Source: a virus
Taxonomy: Duplodnaviria > Heunggongvirae > Uroviricota > Caudoviricetes
DNA: 53,323 bases
IMG/VR virus record: IMGVR_UViG_3300042564_003265
Strand: one strand, 5' to 3'
The position numbers and the translations under genes were made by a program. A model generated the notes under the pieces. The model had not been told where the DNA came from, searched no databases, and saw nothing but the letters and a program-made list of their open reading frames with translations. Below, in pieces: positions 28,592-36,749 of this stretch. Position 1 is the stretch's first letter; each line of letters begins with the position of its first letter.

Positions 28592-29136
28592 GTTCACCAC
28601 AATACACCCCATATAAGGACGCTTTAACCAATTCAATGACTTACCTTGGTTCAAAGGAAGATACTGTCTTTATGGGTCAGCAAATCCTTTGGCACGGTAA
28701 TCCAATGAGTACAACTATCGGTGAGGTTCCAAAAGATAAATTAATTGAACTTCCAGTTATGGAAGAATCACAAATGGGGATGTCATTAGGAATGGCAATG
28801 GCAGGTAAATTCGTAGTAACCTTTTATCCTCGTTGGGACTTTATTATATGTGCAACTAATCAATTGATTAATCACGTTGATAAAATAACGTTAATGAGTA
28901 AGAACAAATGGAATCCTAATATGATTATTCGTTTAGGTAAAGGGTCAGATAAACCATTAGACCCAGGTCACCAACATCGTGGTAACTACATTAATGAGTT
29001 TAAATCTATGTGTCCTAACATTACATTTTACGATTTAAAAAAGTGGGATTTGATTGAAGAGATTTATCAACATTGTTACGAAAATGGAGGTATCAATGTA
29101 ATTGTGGAATATCCTGAGTTATATTACGAAGCATAA
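28588..29136 (+). CDS. ThDP-dependent enzyme, E1-beta-like subunit (pyrimidine-binding domain only)
   Basis: FMGQ, IELPVMEESQMGMSLGMAM, QLINH, DPGHQH. Confidence 0.75.
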   Translation: MSSPQYTPYKDALTNSMTYLGSKEDTVFMGQQILWHGNPMSTTIGEVPKDKLIELPVMEESQMGMSLGMAMAGKFVVTFYPRWDFIICATNQLINHVDKITLMSKNKWNPNMIIRLGKGSDKPLDPGHQHRGNYINEFKSMCPNITFYDLKKWDLIEEIYQHCYENGGINVIVEYPELYYEA

Positions 29137-29162
29137 AAAAAGGGACTATAAGTCCCTTTTTT
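29136..29162. terminator. Bidirectional intrinsic terminator
   Basis: AAAAAAGGGACT-ata-AGTCCCTTTTTT between convergent genes. Confidence 0.85.
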
Positions 29163-29165
29163 ATT

Positions 29166-29942
29166 TTACTCTCCCCAATGTTCTTTACGAAGTTCGTGTA
29201 AATCAATTGGTTCTCTTTTCATATGACCTCCTTGATTGAAGTGTGCACCTTGTTTAAGATATCCACCCAATAAGTTTCTTCTCATTCGTGTAGAGTTATT
29301 AGGTTCAGAACCGTGAACAACGTGTGAGTGTAATAACACCACTTGTCCTTTTCTTAAGAAACCTTCAACCTTACGGAAATCGTGTCCTTCTGGCATCACA
29401 CAAGGTTTACCTCTTTCATTTCTCCAAAACGTTGGATTTGTTTTGGTTCTTTCTTCATCAACCTCAATTGACAATGTCGGTAATCTATGTGAACCTTCGT
29501 AGTTCCATACCGCACCATTTTCAGGGTCGTGATTATCCAACGCAATTGCAGTATTAATAATTTCATTGTGTTTACAACCAGTGTAGAATGCGTTTTGGTG
29601 CATATCTCTACCCAATTGTCCCGGTGGTTTGAAATAACACCAAGTTTGTAAACCAACTGTTTTACCTTCCATTAAAAATTCACAAGCTTCAAGAATTTTT
29701 GGATGACAGAATAATTTCTCAATCATTGGTGAAATTTTATGTGGGTACGCAAATGGGTCCCACTCACCCCACTCTTTACCATCTTCGGTTGTTGTATTAG
29801 ACCTTTCACTTCTTAAACGGTCCAATTCATCATTTACCAAGTCACACTCCTCTTCAGTTAGTAACTCGAGTACTGTCCAACCTTTGTATCTCCAATCAAA
29901 TGTCATTTGTTGGATTTCTAACTCTGTTAAATGTTTAAACAT
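29166..29942 (-). CDS. Phytanoyl-CoA dioxygenase (PhyH/EctD-like) Fe(II)/2OG enzyme
   Basis: YFKPPG, HQN, ENGAV..YEGSH, VHGSEPN...RR. Confidence 0.8.
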   Translation of the reverse strand: MFKHLTELEIQQMTFDWRYKGWTVLELLTEEECDLVNDELDRLRSERSNTTTEDGKEWGEWDPFAYPHKISPMIEKLFCHPKILEACEFLMEGKTVGLQTWCYFKPPGQLGRDMHQNAFYTGCKHNEIINTAIALDNHDPENGAVWNYEGSHRLPTLSIEVDEERTKTNPTFWRNERGKPCVMPEGHDFRKVEGFLRKGQVVLLHSHVVHGSEPNNSTRMRRNLLGGYLKQGAHFNQGGHMKREPIDLHELRKEHWGE

Positions 29943-29955
29943 ACTTTTTTTTTAA

Positions 29956-29984
29956 AATTTAATTATTATTTGTCTATTTGTAAA
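29956..29984 (-). promoter_or_regulatory. Sigma70-like promoter TTTACA-N17-TAAATT
   Basis: Read directly upstream of ATG 29942. Confidence 0.5.
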
Positions 29985-29986
29985 TC

Positions 29987-30391
29987 TTACCAACTAATTT
30001 CCCAGTCCTTAAATTCGGCAGCTAAACAATCAATTTTATAATCTTTTCTACCACCAACAACTTCTTGGATTTTATTTTTAGCGGTATTTCTAATACCATT
30101 CAATCCGTGTGTTAGTTCTAATTGATTACCTTCTTTGATTCCCTTACGATAGTTTGATTCATTGTGCCAAATGTGTAGATTCATTTGAGATAGAACAACA
30201 ATAGCTCTAATAGTTTCGGAGGTAATCTTACCATCATTTTCATTAAGTAATAATTGAATGTCGTGTAAAATGTCGTTAATCTCCTGTGCATATTCTTCCT
30301 TGTGTTCCGTAATAAAAACCTCTTTTAATTGTGAGATACTTAATCTATCAACTAATTCTGCTAATGTTGGCAAATACTTTCTTTCACTCAT
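29987..30391 (-). CDS. Helical hypothetical protein, DUF6165-like
   Basis: TLAELVDRLSISQLKE resembles the ELIDKITILEIK-type motif. Confidence 0.45.
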   Translation of the reverse strand: MSERKYLPTLAELVDRLSISQLKEVFITEHKEEYAQEINDILHDIQLLLNENDGKITSETIRAIVVLSQMNLHIWHNESNYRKGIKEGNQLELTHGLNGIRNTAKNKIQEVVGGRKDYKIDCLAAEFKDWEISW

Positions 30392-31671
30392 ATTAATTTT
30401 TCTTTTATGTTAAAATACTGATTATGATACTTTTGGAATTCAACAAATGAATCAGGTAATCGGTATAGTTTATTCATTAAATTTTTATGGTTATGTTCGA
30501 TAACACTTCTCATTGATTCAAACCATTCCATTTTATCTTTAATACTGATAGTTTTTTTAACGCTACCAATAATTGATTTCATTCGCTCGTGTGTTGGTAA
30601 ACTATCATAGTCTTCGTTCAAGAAATCTGAAAATGTTTTATATCCCATTTTCTTCATCATTGCTAAACTATCTTTGTTTCCCATAACCATCCAAGGATGT
30701 CTACAAGCGATTGGTTTGTATAGTTTTTCACTTAAGAACATTGTTTCATCACTATCACCACAATGTGCTTCACTCACAACACTTAACCAACTATCTAAAC
30801 ATATTTGTTCGTTTAATCTTCTGATATAGTAATTGTCGTCAAGTTCATTGTTAGGTTTGTTATAAATTAATAACGGTAACTTTTCATAAATCTTATCGAC
30901 CAATTCTTCAGTCATAAACTCACCCTCAAAAGGATATTGATGTTTAGGAAATTGATTCATACTAACTAAACCATCTTTCAACACTCCACTCTCAAACATA
31001 TAACGATAAAACCATACTCTGTGCGGTCTAATTCGTTTGTTCAAACAAGAAAATGATTTTACCTTTTTCTTATTTTTCTTTTTATATTCTAAATGTGAAT
31101 CAAAGTCGGGTAATAAACCTTCCCTATCCATATGATAACAAGTCATTCCTACATCAAGTTCGAAGTGTGCATATGGGATAACCTTAAGTTTTTCTTTAAT
31201 TTTATTTTCAACACACCACTTATCATATATCTCGTCAGCAATCATATTACCGGTAACGTATACAATACTCTTAGGTGGTACGTTATATTTTTTACAATGA
31301 GTATGAAAGAAATCCCATAACCATCTTGATTGATATCCTTCGAAACTTTGGTCCAATAACAATAACGCCTTACCACTCCTTAAGTCGTTAAGATATTTGT
31401 CATTAAGGTATAAAAATAAACTTTTAACTTTTGAAGTATATCCAGTCCAATCTTCGGGACTATGATTAACGGCCGCGGATATTACATAATTTTCAACATC
31501 ATTATTGAATTCGATAAATTCCATAAATGAATCAATATGATTAAAACCAAAATACATATTGGTGGCATTAATCAAAGGTGAAAACGTAAATCTTTTAATA
31601 CCTGATGGGTTTACATCAGGACAATCTTTAAAATTGTGTAAGTTTTCAATGTCTTCAAAAACTAATTTCAT
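30388..31671 (-). CDS. Putative glycosyltransferase-like protein (SEK-x-x-KP family)
   Basis: FSCLNKRIRPHR, LSVVSE, LSEKLYKPIACRHPW, GYKTF.DF.NEDYD. Confidence 0.5.
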   Translation of the reverse strand: MKLVFEDIENLHNFKDCPDVNPSGIKRFTFSPLINATNMYFGFNHIDSFMEFIEFNNDVENYVISAAVNHSPEDWTGYTSKVKSLFLYLNDKYLNDLRSGKALLLLDQSFEGYQSRWLWDFFHTHCKKYNVPPKSIVYVTGNMIADEIYDKWCVENKIKEKLKVIPYAHFELDVGMTCYHMDREGLLPDFDSHLEYKKKNKKKVKSFSCLNKRIRPHRVWFYRYMFESGVLKDGLVSMNQFPKHQYPFEGEFMTEELVDKIYEKLPLLIYNKPNNELDDNYYIRRLNEQICLDSWLSVVSEAHCGDSDETMFLSEKLYKPIACRHPWMVMGNKDSLAMMKKMGYKTFSDFLNEDYDSLPTHERMKSIIGSVKKTISIKDKMEWFESMRSVIEHNHKNLMNKLYRLPDSFVEFQKYHNQYFNIKEKLI

Positions 31672-33125
31672 TAGATGATGTTTGGTTTAATATCTGAAAC
31701 GTATTCACCCGGTTCAAAATGTGTTATAGCACCATCGGTAACTTGTACGTCAGGTATTGAATAATCTACCTTAATGGAATCGTACCATTCAATTAATTCA
31801 GGGTCCGTAAAGGTTCCTCTGAAATCTTTATTACGTCTAACGTCGTATTGTTCGTAGAAGCTTTTGAAGTCGTGCCATTGTTTGTCCTTATCCAATTCTG
31901 TTTGGTTATGACCTCTTTCCACTACTTCAATATAGTCGATTAATCTTTCGATTTGTGCCTTCTCGTGAATACTGAACAATGGACTTGACTGATGTACATC
32001 ATACCAATTCTTTAACTTAAGATGTAACTTTGATTTGATATTATCAGGTAATGATAATGGTGACATAAATGAAGGCCATCTTAAAATATTAAAATCAACG
32101 TTAGGTCTGTTTGGACCGTACTTCTCTTTCAATATAATCATATCATCCAAGAACTCGGTGATACTGAATAAACAAAGACTGTTAATTGTCATCATAATGG
32201 TTAATGAACGGAACTTAGCGTTCTCAATAAATTTAACCATATTCGCTCTCCAAATATCATATTTCAAACCATCACGAATGTAATCTGCGTGTGCTCCGAA
32301 TGATTCGTTACTTGTATATAAATCAAATTCTTTAATTGGTAACTCGTGTGAAATACTAATCAACTTAAACAATGTTGCTTCGTTCAAACCAAGATTAGAA
32401 TTCACCGCTAATCTTAAGTTTTCTGATGGGTATTGTTTCATTACTTCAATGAAATTCCAAAAGTTTCTACTTTGTGATGGTTCACCACCGGTAACTCGGA
32501 TTTCTTGTAATGTTTTAGATAGCTCAGGCCACCATTCTAAAAATGCTTGTACGTATGGATTGTTTTCGTTGTGTTTACCAAATTTTTCAGACCAAGAACC
32601 ATCAGCATAATATGCACCGGCACTACTTGTTTGGAATTTTTGATATGCTCCGTTCTCTTTAATATCTTTTGCCCAAGTTGTACTATAACCAGAGTTACAG
32701 TAACTACAAGCAAAATTACAAGTACGGTCAAAACTTACCTCAACTGTCTTTAAGAGAATATCTTCATCCCAAGGAATTTCCTTAAGTGCAGCAATCTCAT
32801 CTTCAGTATAAATCAAACTTTTATACACCCTATCGGAAATATTGTCTCGACCAATATCTTCAATCTTCCAACAATATGAACATTCGGCAGGTCTAACACC
32901 TGTCAACATCATTTTTCTTGCAATTTTCTTGTGTCGAGTATTATGTAAAGCAGAAGGATTCTTTTTAATCTCTTCTAAATCAATCGGGTGTGGTAATGGT
33001 AGGTGACAAGAATTTGTGTATCCGTGTCCTAAGTGTAAACTTGCGTTATACCACTTCGCAGCACAGAAACTTTTACTGATGCAATTTAAATTCTTATTCC
33101 TCCATTCTCTTAGTTCATTGGACAT
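31671..33125 (-). CDS. Radical SAM protein with N-terminal twitch-like auxiliary cluster domain
   Basis: FCAAKW...SCH...C.YCW..E; CNFACSYC (CxxxCxxC); VTGGEP. Confidence 0.9.
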   Translation of the reverse strand: MSNELREWRNKNLNCISKSFCAAKWYNASLHLGHGYTNSCHLPLPHPIDLEEIKKNPSALHNTRHKKIARKMMLTGVRPAECSYCWKIEDIGRDNISDRVYKSLIYTEDEIAALKEIPWDEDILLKTVEVSFDRTCNFACSYCNSGYSTTWAKDIKENGAYQKFQTSSAGAYYADGSWSEKFGKHNENNPYVQAFLEWWPELSKTLQEIRVTGGEPSQSRNFWNFIEVMKQYPSENLRLAVNSNLGLNEATLFKLISISHELPIKEFDLYTSNESFGAHADYIRDGLKYDIWRANMVKFIENAKFRSLTIMMTINSLCLFSITEFLDDMIILKEKYGPNRPNVDFNILRWPSFMSPLSLPDNIKSKLHLKLKNWYDVHQSSPLFSIHEKAQIERLIDYIEVVERGHNQTELDKDKQWHDFKSFYEQYDVRRNKDFRGTFTDPELIEWYDSIKVDYSIPDVQVTDGAITHFEPGEYVSDIKPNII

Positions 33126-33139
33126 ATTTTTGGTTTTTA

Positions 33140-33168
33140 ATTATAATATACGGAAAAAATACTATAAA
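33140..33168 (-). promoter_or_regulatory. Sigma70-like promoter TTTATA-N17-TATAAT
   Basis: Read directly upstream of ATG 33125. Confidence 0.5.
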
Positions 33169-33905
33169 ACGAATTCTTTAGGTACTTTTTCCAAGAAATA
33201 GTTATTCTTTGATTCGTCAAATATAATTCCGAGGTTGTTTACCGTTTTAAAATTATAAAGACAGAAAATATCTTTGTAGAATGTTTTCGATACTAACTTC
33301 TCAACCTCAGTTTCATAAATTGTTTTGGCGACTTTAATATCTGAAGTTCCTCTAACGATTGAGAAGTGGTATATGTCGAACTCACCGTGATGTCTATGTT
33401 CTTCTATTGGTGTTCCAGGATTTGCACAACCTAAGAATAAACCGGTGTATTTGTAATCATCAATTAATTGATTTTTAAATTCTAATTTATTTGAAACTTC
33501 AAAATTCACATATAAAAAGAATGTATTGTTTTTTCTAACAATTGATAACTTTATTGGTCTGTTCAAATCCTTAGGTTCTACCCCATTGAAGGACACAAAA
33601 TTAAAATCGTCCCAATCTTCCTTATCGGATTTACTCCAAAATTCAAACGCCAATGTTTTACTTTCACTATTATATGTTAAACCTAAGTTTTTACCCGGTT
33701 TACCAAATATTGAGAATATATTATCTTTTTTATAAAGGTCCATTAATCTAACCTCACAGGTTATGACATATGCATCCTCATAAAGAAGTGTTCTAATCTC
33801 TTCCACATCTGTTTTATTGAACTTGGTAACATATTGATTTTCGTGGTGAGTATCTAAATCCCACTTATACATAATCCAATACGGTTCTTTATATTTTATT
33901 CTCAT
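33162..33905 (-). CDS. Stand-alone LamG/ConA-like beta-sandwich protein
   Basis: IFSIFGKPG...GLTYN, LYVNFE, LFLG.ANP...HGEFD; resembles the inserts in the two GT7 proteins. Confidence 0.55.
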   Translation of the reverse strand: MRIKYKEPYWIMYKWDLDTHHENQYVTKFNKTDVEEIRTLLYEDAYVITCEVRLMDLYKKDNIFSIFGKPGKNLGLTYNSESKTLAFEFWSKSDKEDWDDFNFVSFNGVEPKDLNRPIKLSIVRKNNTFFLYVNFEVSNKLEFKNQLIDDYKYTGLFLGCANPGTPIEEHRHHGEFDIYHFSIVRGTSDIKVAKTIYETEVEKLVSKTFYKDIFCLYNFKTVNNLGIIFDESKNNYFLEKVPKEFVL

Positions 33906-35307
33906 CTCTGATGGTTTTAATAAAATTAATTAATTCAGGATAGTATTCCTCACAATCCATACCTCTCCTTACTTTATATTCGTCAATGAAATCAACAAAA
34001 TCTCTTTTCTCTTTTTCAAAAGATATATCGGAGTTTGAATCAGTAAGAAATATCTCTTTTATTCTTGTTATTTTTTCAATTTCTTTAGTTGAGAATCCAA
34101 CATCGTCTATTGTTTGTTGCTCGTAAAAATTTAAACTTCTATATGTTGAATTGAACTTCATATACTTTTCACATCTATTAAAGTATTCAACATCTAAGTA
34201 ATCTTTTAACAATCTAAATCCTAAAAACTCAGGGTATCTTAGGTAGGATGTGTCTAATATCAATGCGGAATTCCAATATCTTTCGGTATTGAAATGTTTT
34301 AATTTTAAATCATATACCTTCTTAATCAATAATTCATATGAGAAGATACTGAATATGTTAAATGTCGACATTATGACGACAGTTACTTTTGGTAATGTTG
34401 TCAATATCTTATCGATGTTATTGAATAATCTATCGAATTCTAATCCGTGTCTAACGTATTCTGCTTGTTTTCCATAAGCATCACAAGATGTGAAAATAAT
34501 CACCTCTTTTACTCTCTCTTCACTAATAATCTTATCTAATTTTAGTATTAACTTATCAATCAATTCGTCAGTAACACCTAAGTTACTATTAATTGATAAT
34601 TTTAGATTTCGATTAGGTTCTTCAGTCTCGATTATGTTGTCAAGTACCTTCCAAGTGTCTTTAGATAATAGAGGTTCTCCACCGGTAATTCTAAAGGTAT
34701 CTAAGGTAGTATATAATTCGGGCCACCATTCCCAAAACGCTTCCACATATGGATTCTGTTCTGTTTGTTTGTATGGTCTTGTTTTGTTGATGTCCATCTG
34801 TTTGGTACTATTGTAATCAAACGATAGTTTATATTCACCAAACTGATTAATCTCTTCCATCCACTTAGTAGAATACTCAGGACCACAATATGCACATTTA
34901 AAATTACAAGTGTTGGAGAAATTTACCTCAACATACTTTGGGTTGTAATCTGCTCTCCAATGTAGATTCGATATCTCATCGAAATATGGTTCAGACCAAG
35001 GTTCTGCACTTTTAAACACTCTGTCTGAAAATGAATTTGAATTATCTTCAACATTCCAACAATAACCACATTCTTTTGGTCGTTGTCCATTTAACATTTC
35101 CTTCCTTGCGTACTTTTTAGTGTTACTATTATGTAACGCAGTGTAATTCTTTTCAATCTCTTCTAAAGGTACTTTATGTGGAGAAGGATGGTGACAAGAA
35201 TGTGTTGTACCATTGTGTAAGTGCATAGTAACTTGGGTCCATTTTGCCAAACAGAAACCACAACCAACACCATTTAACTTGTCTTTTGTTATATTAAAAT
35301 CTATCAT
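33889..35307 (-). CDS. Radical SAM protein with N-terminal twitch-like domain (paralog of 31671-33125)
   Basis: FCLAKW...SCHHP...CGYCW; CNFKCAYC; ITGGEPL. Confidence 0.9.
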   Translation of the reverse strand: MIDFNITKDKLNGVGCGFCLAKWTQVTMHLHNGTTHSCHHPSPHKVPLEEIEKNYTALHNSNTKKYARKEMLNGQRPKECGYCWNVEDNSNSFSDRVFKSAEPWSEPYFDEISNLHWRADYNPKYVEVNFSNTCNFKCAYCGPEYSTKWMEEINQFGEYKLSFDYNSTKQMDINKTRPYKQTEQNPYVEAFWEWWPELYTTLDTFRITGGEPLLSKDTWKVLDNIIETEEPNRNLKLSINSNLGVTDELIDKLILKLDKIISEERVKEVIIFTSCDAYGKQAEYVRHGLEFDRLFNNIDKILTTLPKVTVVIMSTFNIFSIFSYELLIKKVYDLKLKHFNTERYWNSALILDTSYLRYPEFLGFRLLKDYLDVEYFNRCEKYMKFNSTYRSLNFYEQQTIDDVGFSTKEIEKITRIKEIFLTDSNSDISFEKEKRDFVDFIDEYKVRRGMDCEEYYPELINFIKTIRDENKI

Positions 35308-36749
35308 TTCATTTTTGTATTAATGAACATAGTATTTGGGTACGATGTCTCATCTATTTCAACAATTTCAGTTACCTCTGTTATCTTGTTTAAACCTTCT
35401 TCCTTATAGTTAATTTTCTTTTGTTGCATTTCTGTAACAAATCTCTTTTCATTTCTTGCGGTGGTCTCACCTTTAGCCCATTTACCATTTATAAATCCTT
35501 CATCAATGTGAGGTAAACAATAAAATTGTCCTTCTTTTCTAAATGGTAAAACATTCTTAATGATTTCAATATCTTCATAACCGATAATAGCATCTTTTAC
35601 ATTTGCCATTGAACCGTTTACTTTATTCTCGAAACCATTTTCAAAATCATAATGTAAAACCAAATCCTCATCTTCAACAGATTCAAATACTTGGTGAATG
35701 TCTTTAGGTTTAATACACTTTTTATAAATTTTAACCTCACCAATTTTACCTTTATAAAATGTTTTTTGGTGTGGGCAACTACCTAAAACAAAAGGTTTAA
35801 CCGCATCTTGTCTAATGAATTCGTACTTAACATCAAAAGGTAATTTTTCTTTAATACCTCTTAAGTTTCTTTCCAACTCATCATTTATATAAAGGTACAG
35901 TTTATTTTCTTCTTGTGAGTACGATACCGTTACCCAAGTCCATAAATTTTCAAATCTCTTAGCCCAAAAATAATGGTGTTGGTGATTTCTGTCAAAGACA
36001 ACCATCGATACCGCTCTTGAGTTATTAAATGAAAGTCCCCAAGTCCAAGCACCTTCTTTTCTTAGTAATGGGTATTCTAAGAATCTATTTTGTTGGTCAC
36101 CAACTAACCATATTGGAACAACGTCTTGTTGTTGTTCTGCATTGAATAAGATTGAAATGGTGTGGTCAGAAGTGAAACAAGAACTTATATCTCTATTTGT
36201 TGGTATCTCAACTGCAGATGTTTTTCCATTAAATCTTGCGAATTTTTTATTCTCATATTTTTTTAAAACTTTACCAGTTGTTAAACCTTCGAAATAACAT
36301 CTCCAAAATAAATCATCATCTTCTTGACCCCAATCCCAATAGTCATTTGAATAACCATTGGTTTGATATGCTTGTTCTTTTGTAAATAATACCACTCCAC
36401 CGAAGTATTGGTCATATCCCATACCATAGTTATATTTTGATAGTCTGGTTGCTATGTGTAATGGATTCTCTTCAGGATATGAGTAATCTGCAATGACCCC
36501 ATCCTTATCGTTCGCCAACATATCCACATCGTGCCAAGCAATGTAATCACAACCGTCATTAAATGCGTAATGAGCTGCAATATTTTTCATTGCACCTCTA
36601 TTAAAAAGTTTATCATCGACCTGATGACCAACATAAAATTTGTGGTCAATATTATGACTCGTTAGATATTTTGATAGATGTGGGATTAATCTATCGATGT
36701 GTTCTTTTCTGTTACGATAAGGTATACAAATTCCTAATTTATGACTCAT
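35304..36749 (-). CDS. GT7 (beta-1,4-galactosyltransferase-like) glycosyltransferase with inserted LamG domain
   Basis: IPYRNR, FNRGAMKN, HDVD, YFGGV, NGYSN.YW.WGQEDDDL; LamG insert; C-terminal LPH...EGL. Confidence 0.8.
   Translation of the reverse strand: MSHKLGICIPYRNRKEHIDRLIPHLSKYLTSHNIDHKFYVGHQVDDKLFNRGAMKNIAAHYAFNDGCDYIAWHDVDMLANDKDGVIADYSYPEENPLHIATRLSKYNYGMGYDQYFGGVVLFTKEQAYQTNGYSNDYWDWGQEDDDLFWRCYFEGLTTGKVLKKYENKKFARFNGKTSAVEIPTNRDISSCFTSDHTISILFNAEQQQDVVPIWLVGDQQNRFLEYPLLRKEGAWTWGLSFNNSRAVSMVVFDRNHQHHYFWAKRFENLWTWVTVSYSQEENKLYLYINDELERNLRGIKEKLPFDVKYEFIRQDAVKPFVLGSCPHQKTFYKGKIGEVKIYKKCIKPKDIHQVFESVEDEDLVLHYDFENGFENKVNGSMANVKDAIIGYEDIEIIKNVLPFRKEGQFYCLPHIDEGFINGKWAKGETTARNEKRFVTEMQQKKINYKEEGLNKITEVTEIVEIDETSYPNTMFINTKMK

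Noticed and set aside
23151-29136. Pyruvate dehydrogenase as an auxiliary metabolic gene
   Set aside because: Subunits are truncated, no E2/E3 is present, and the context is nucleotide-sugar synthesis.
21558-29166. Recombinase-invertible segment
   Set aside because: No terminal inverted repeats and no recombinase seen; the ends are a divergent promoter region and a terminator.
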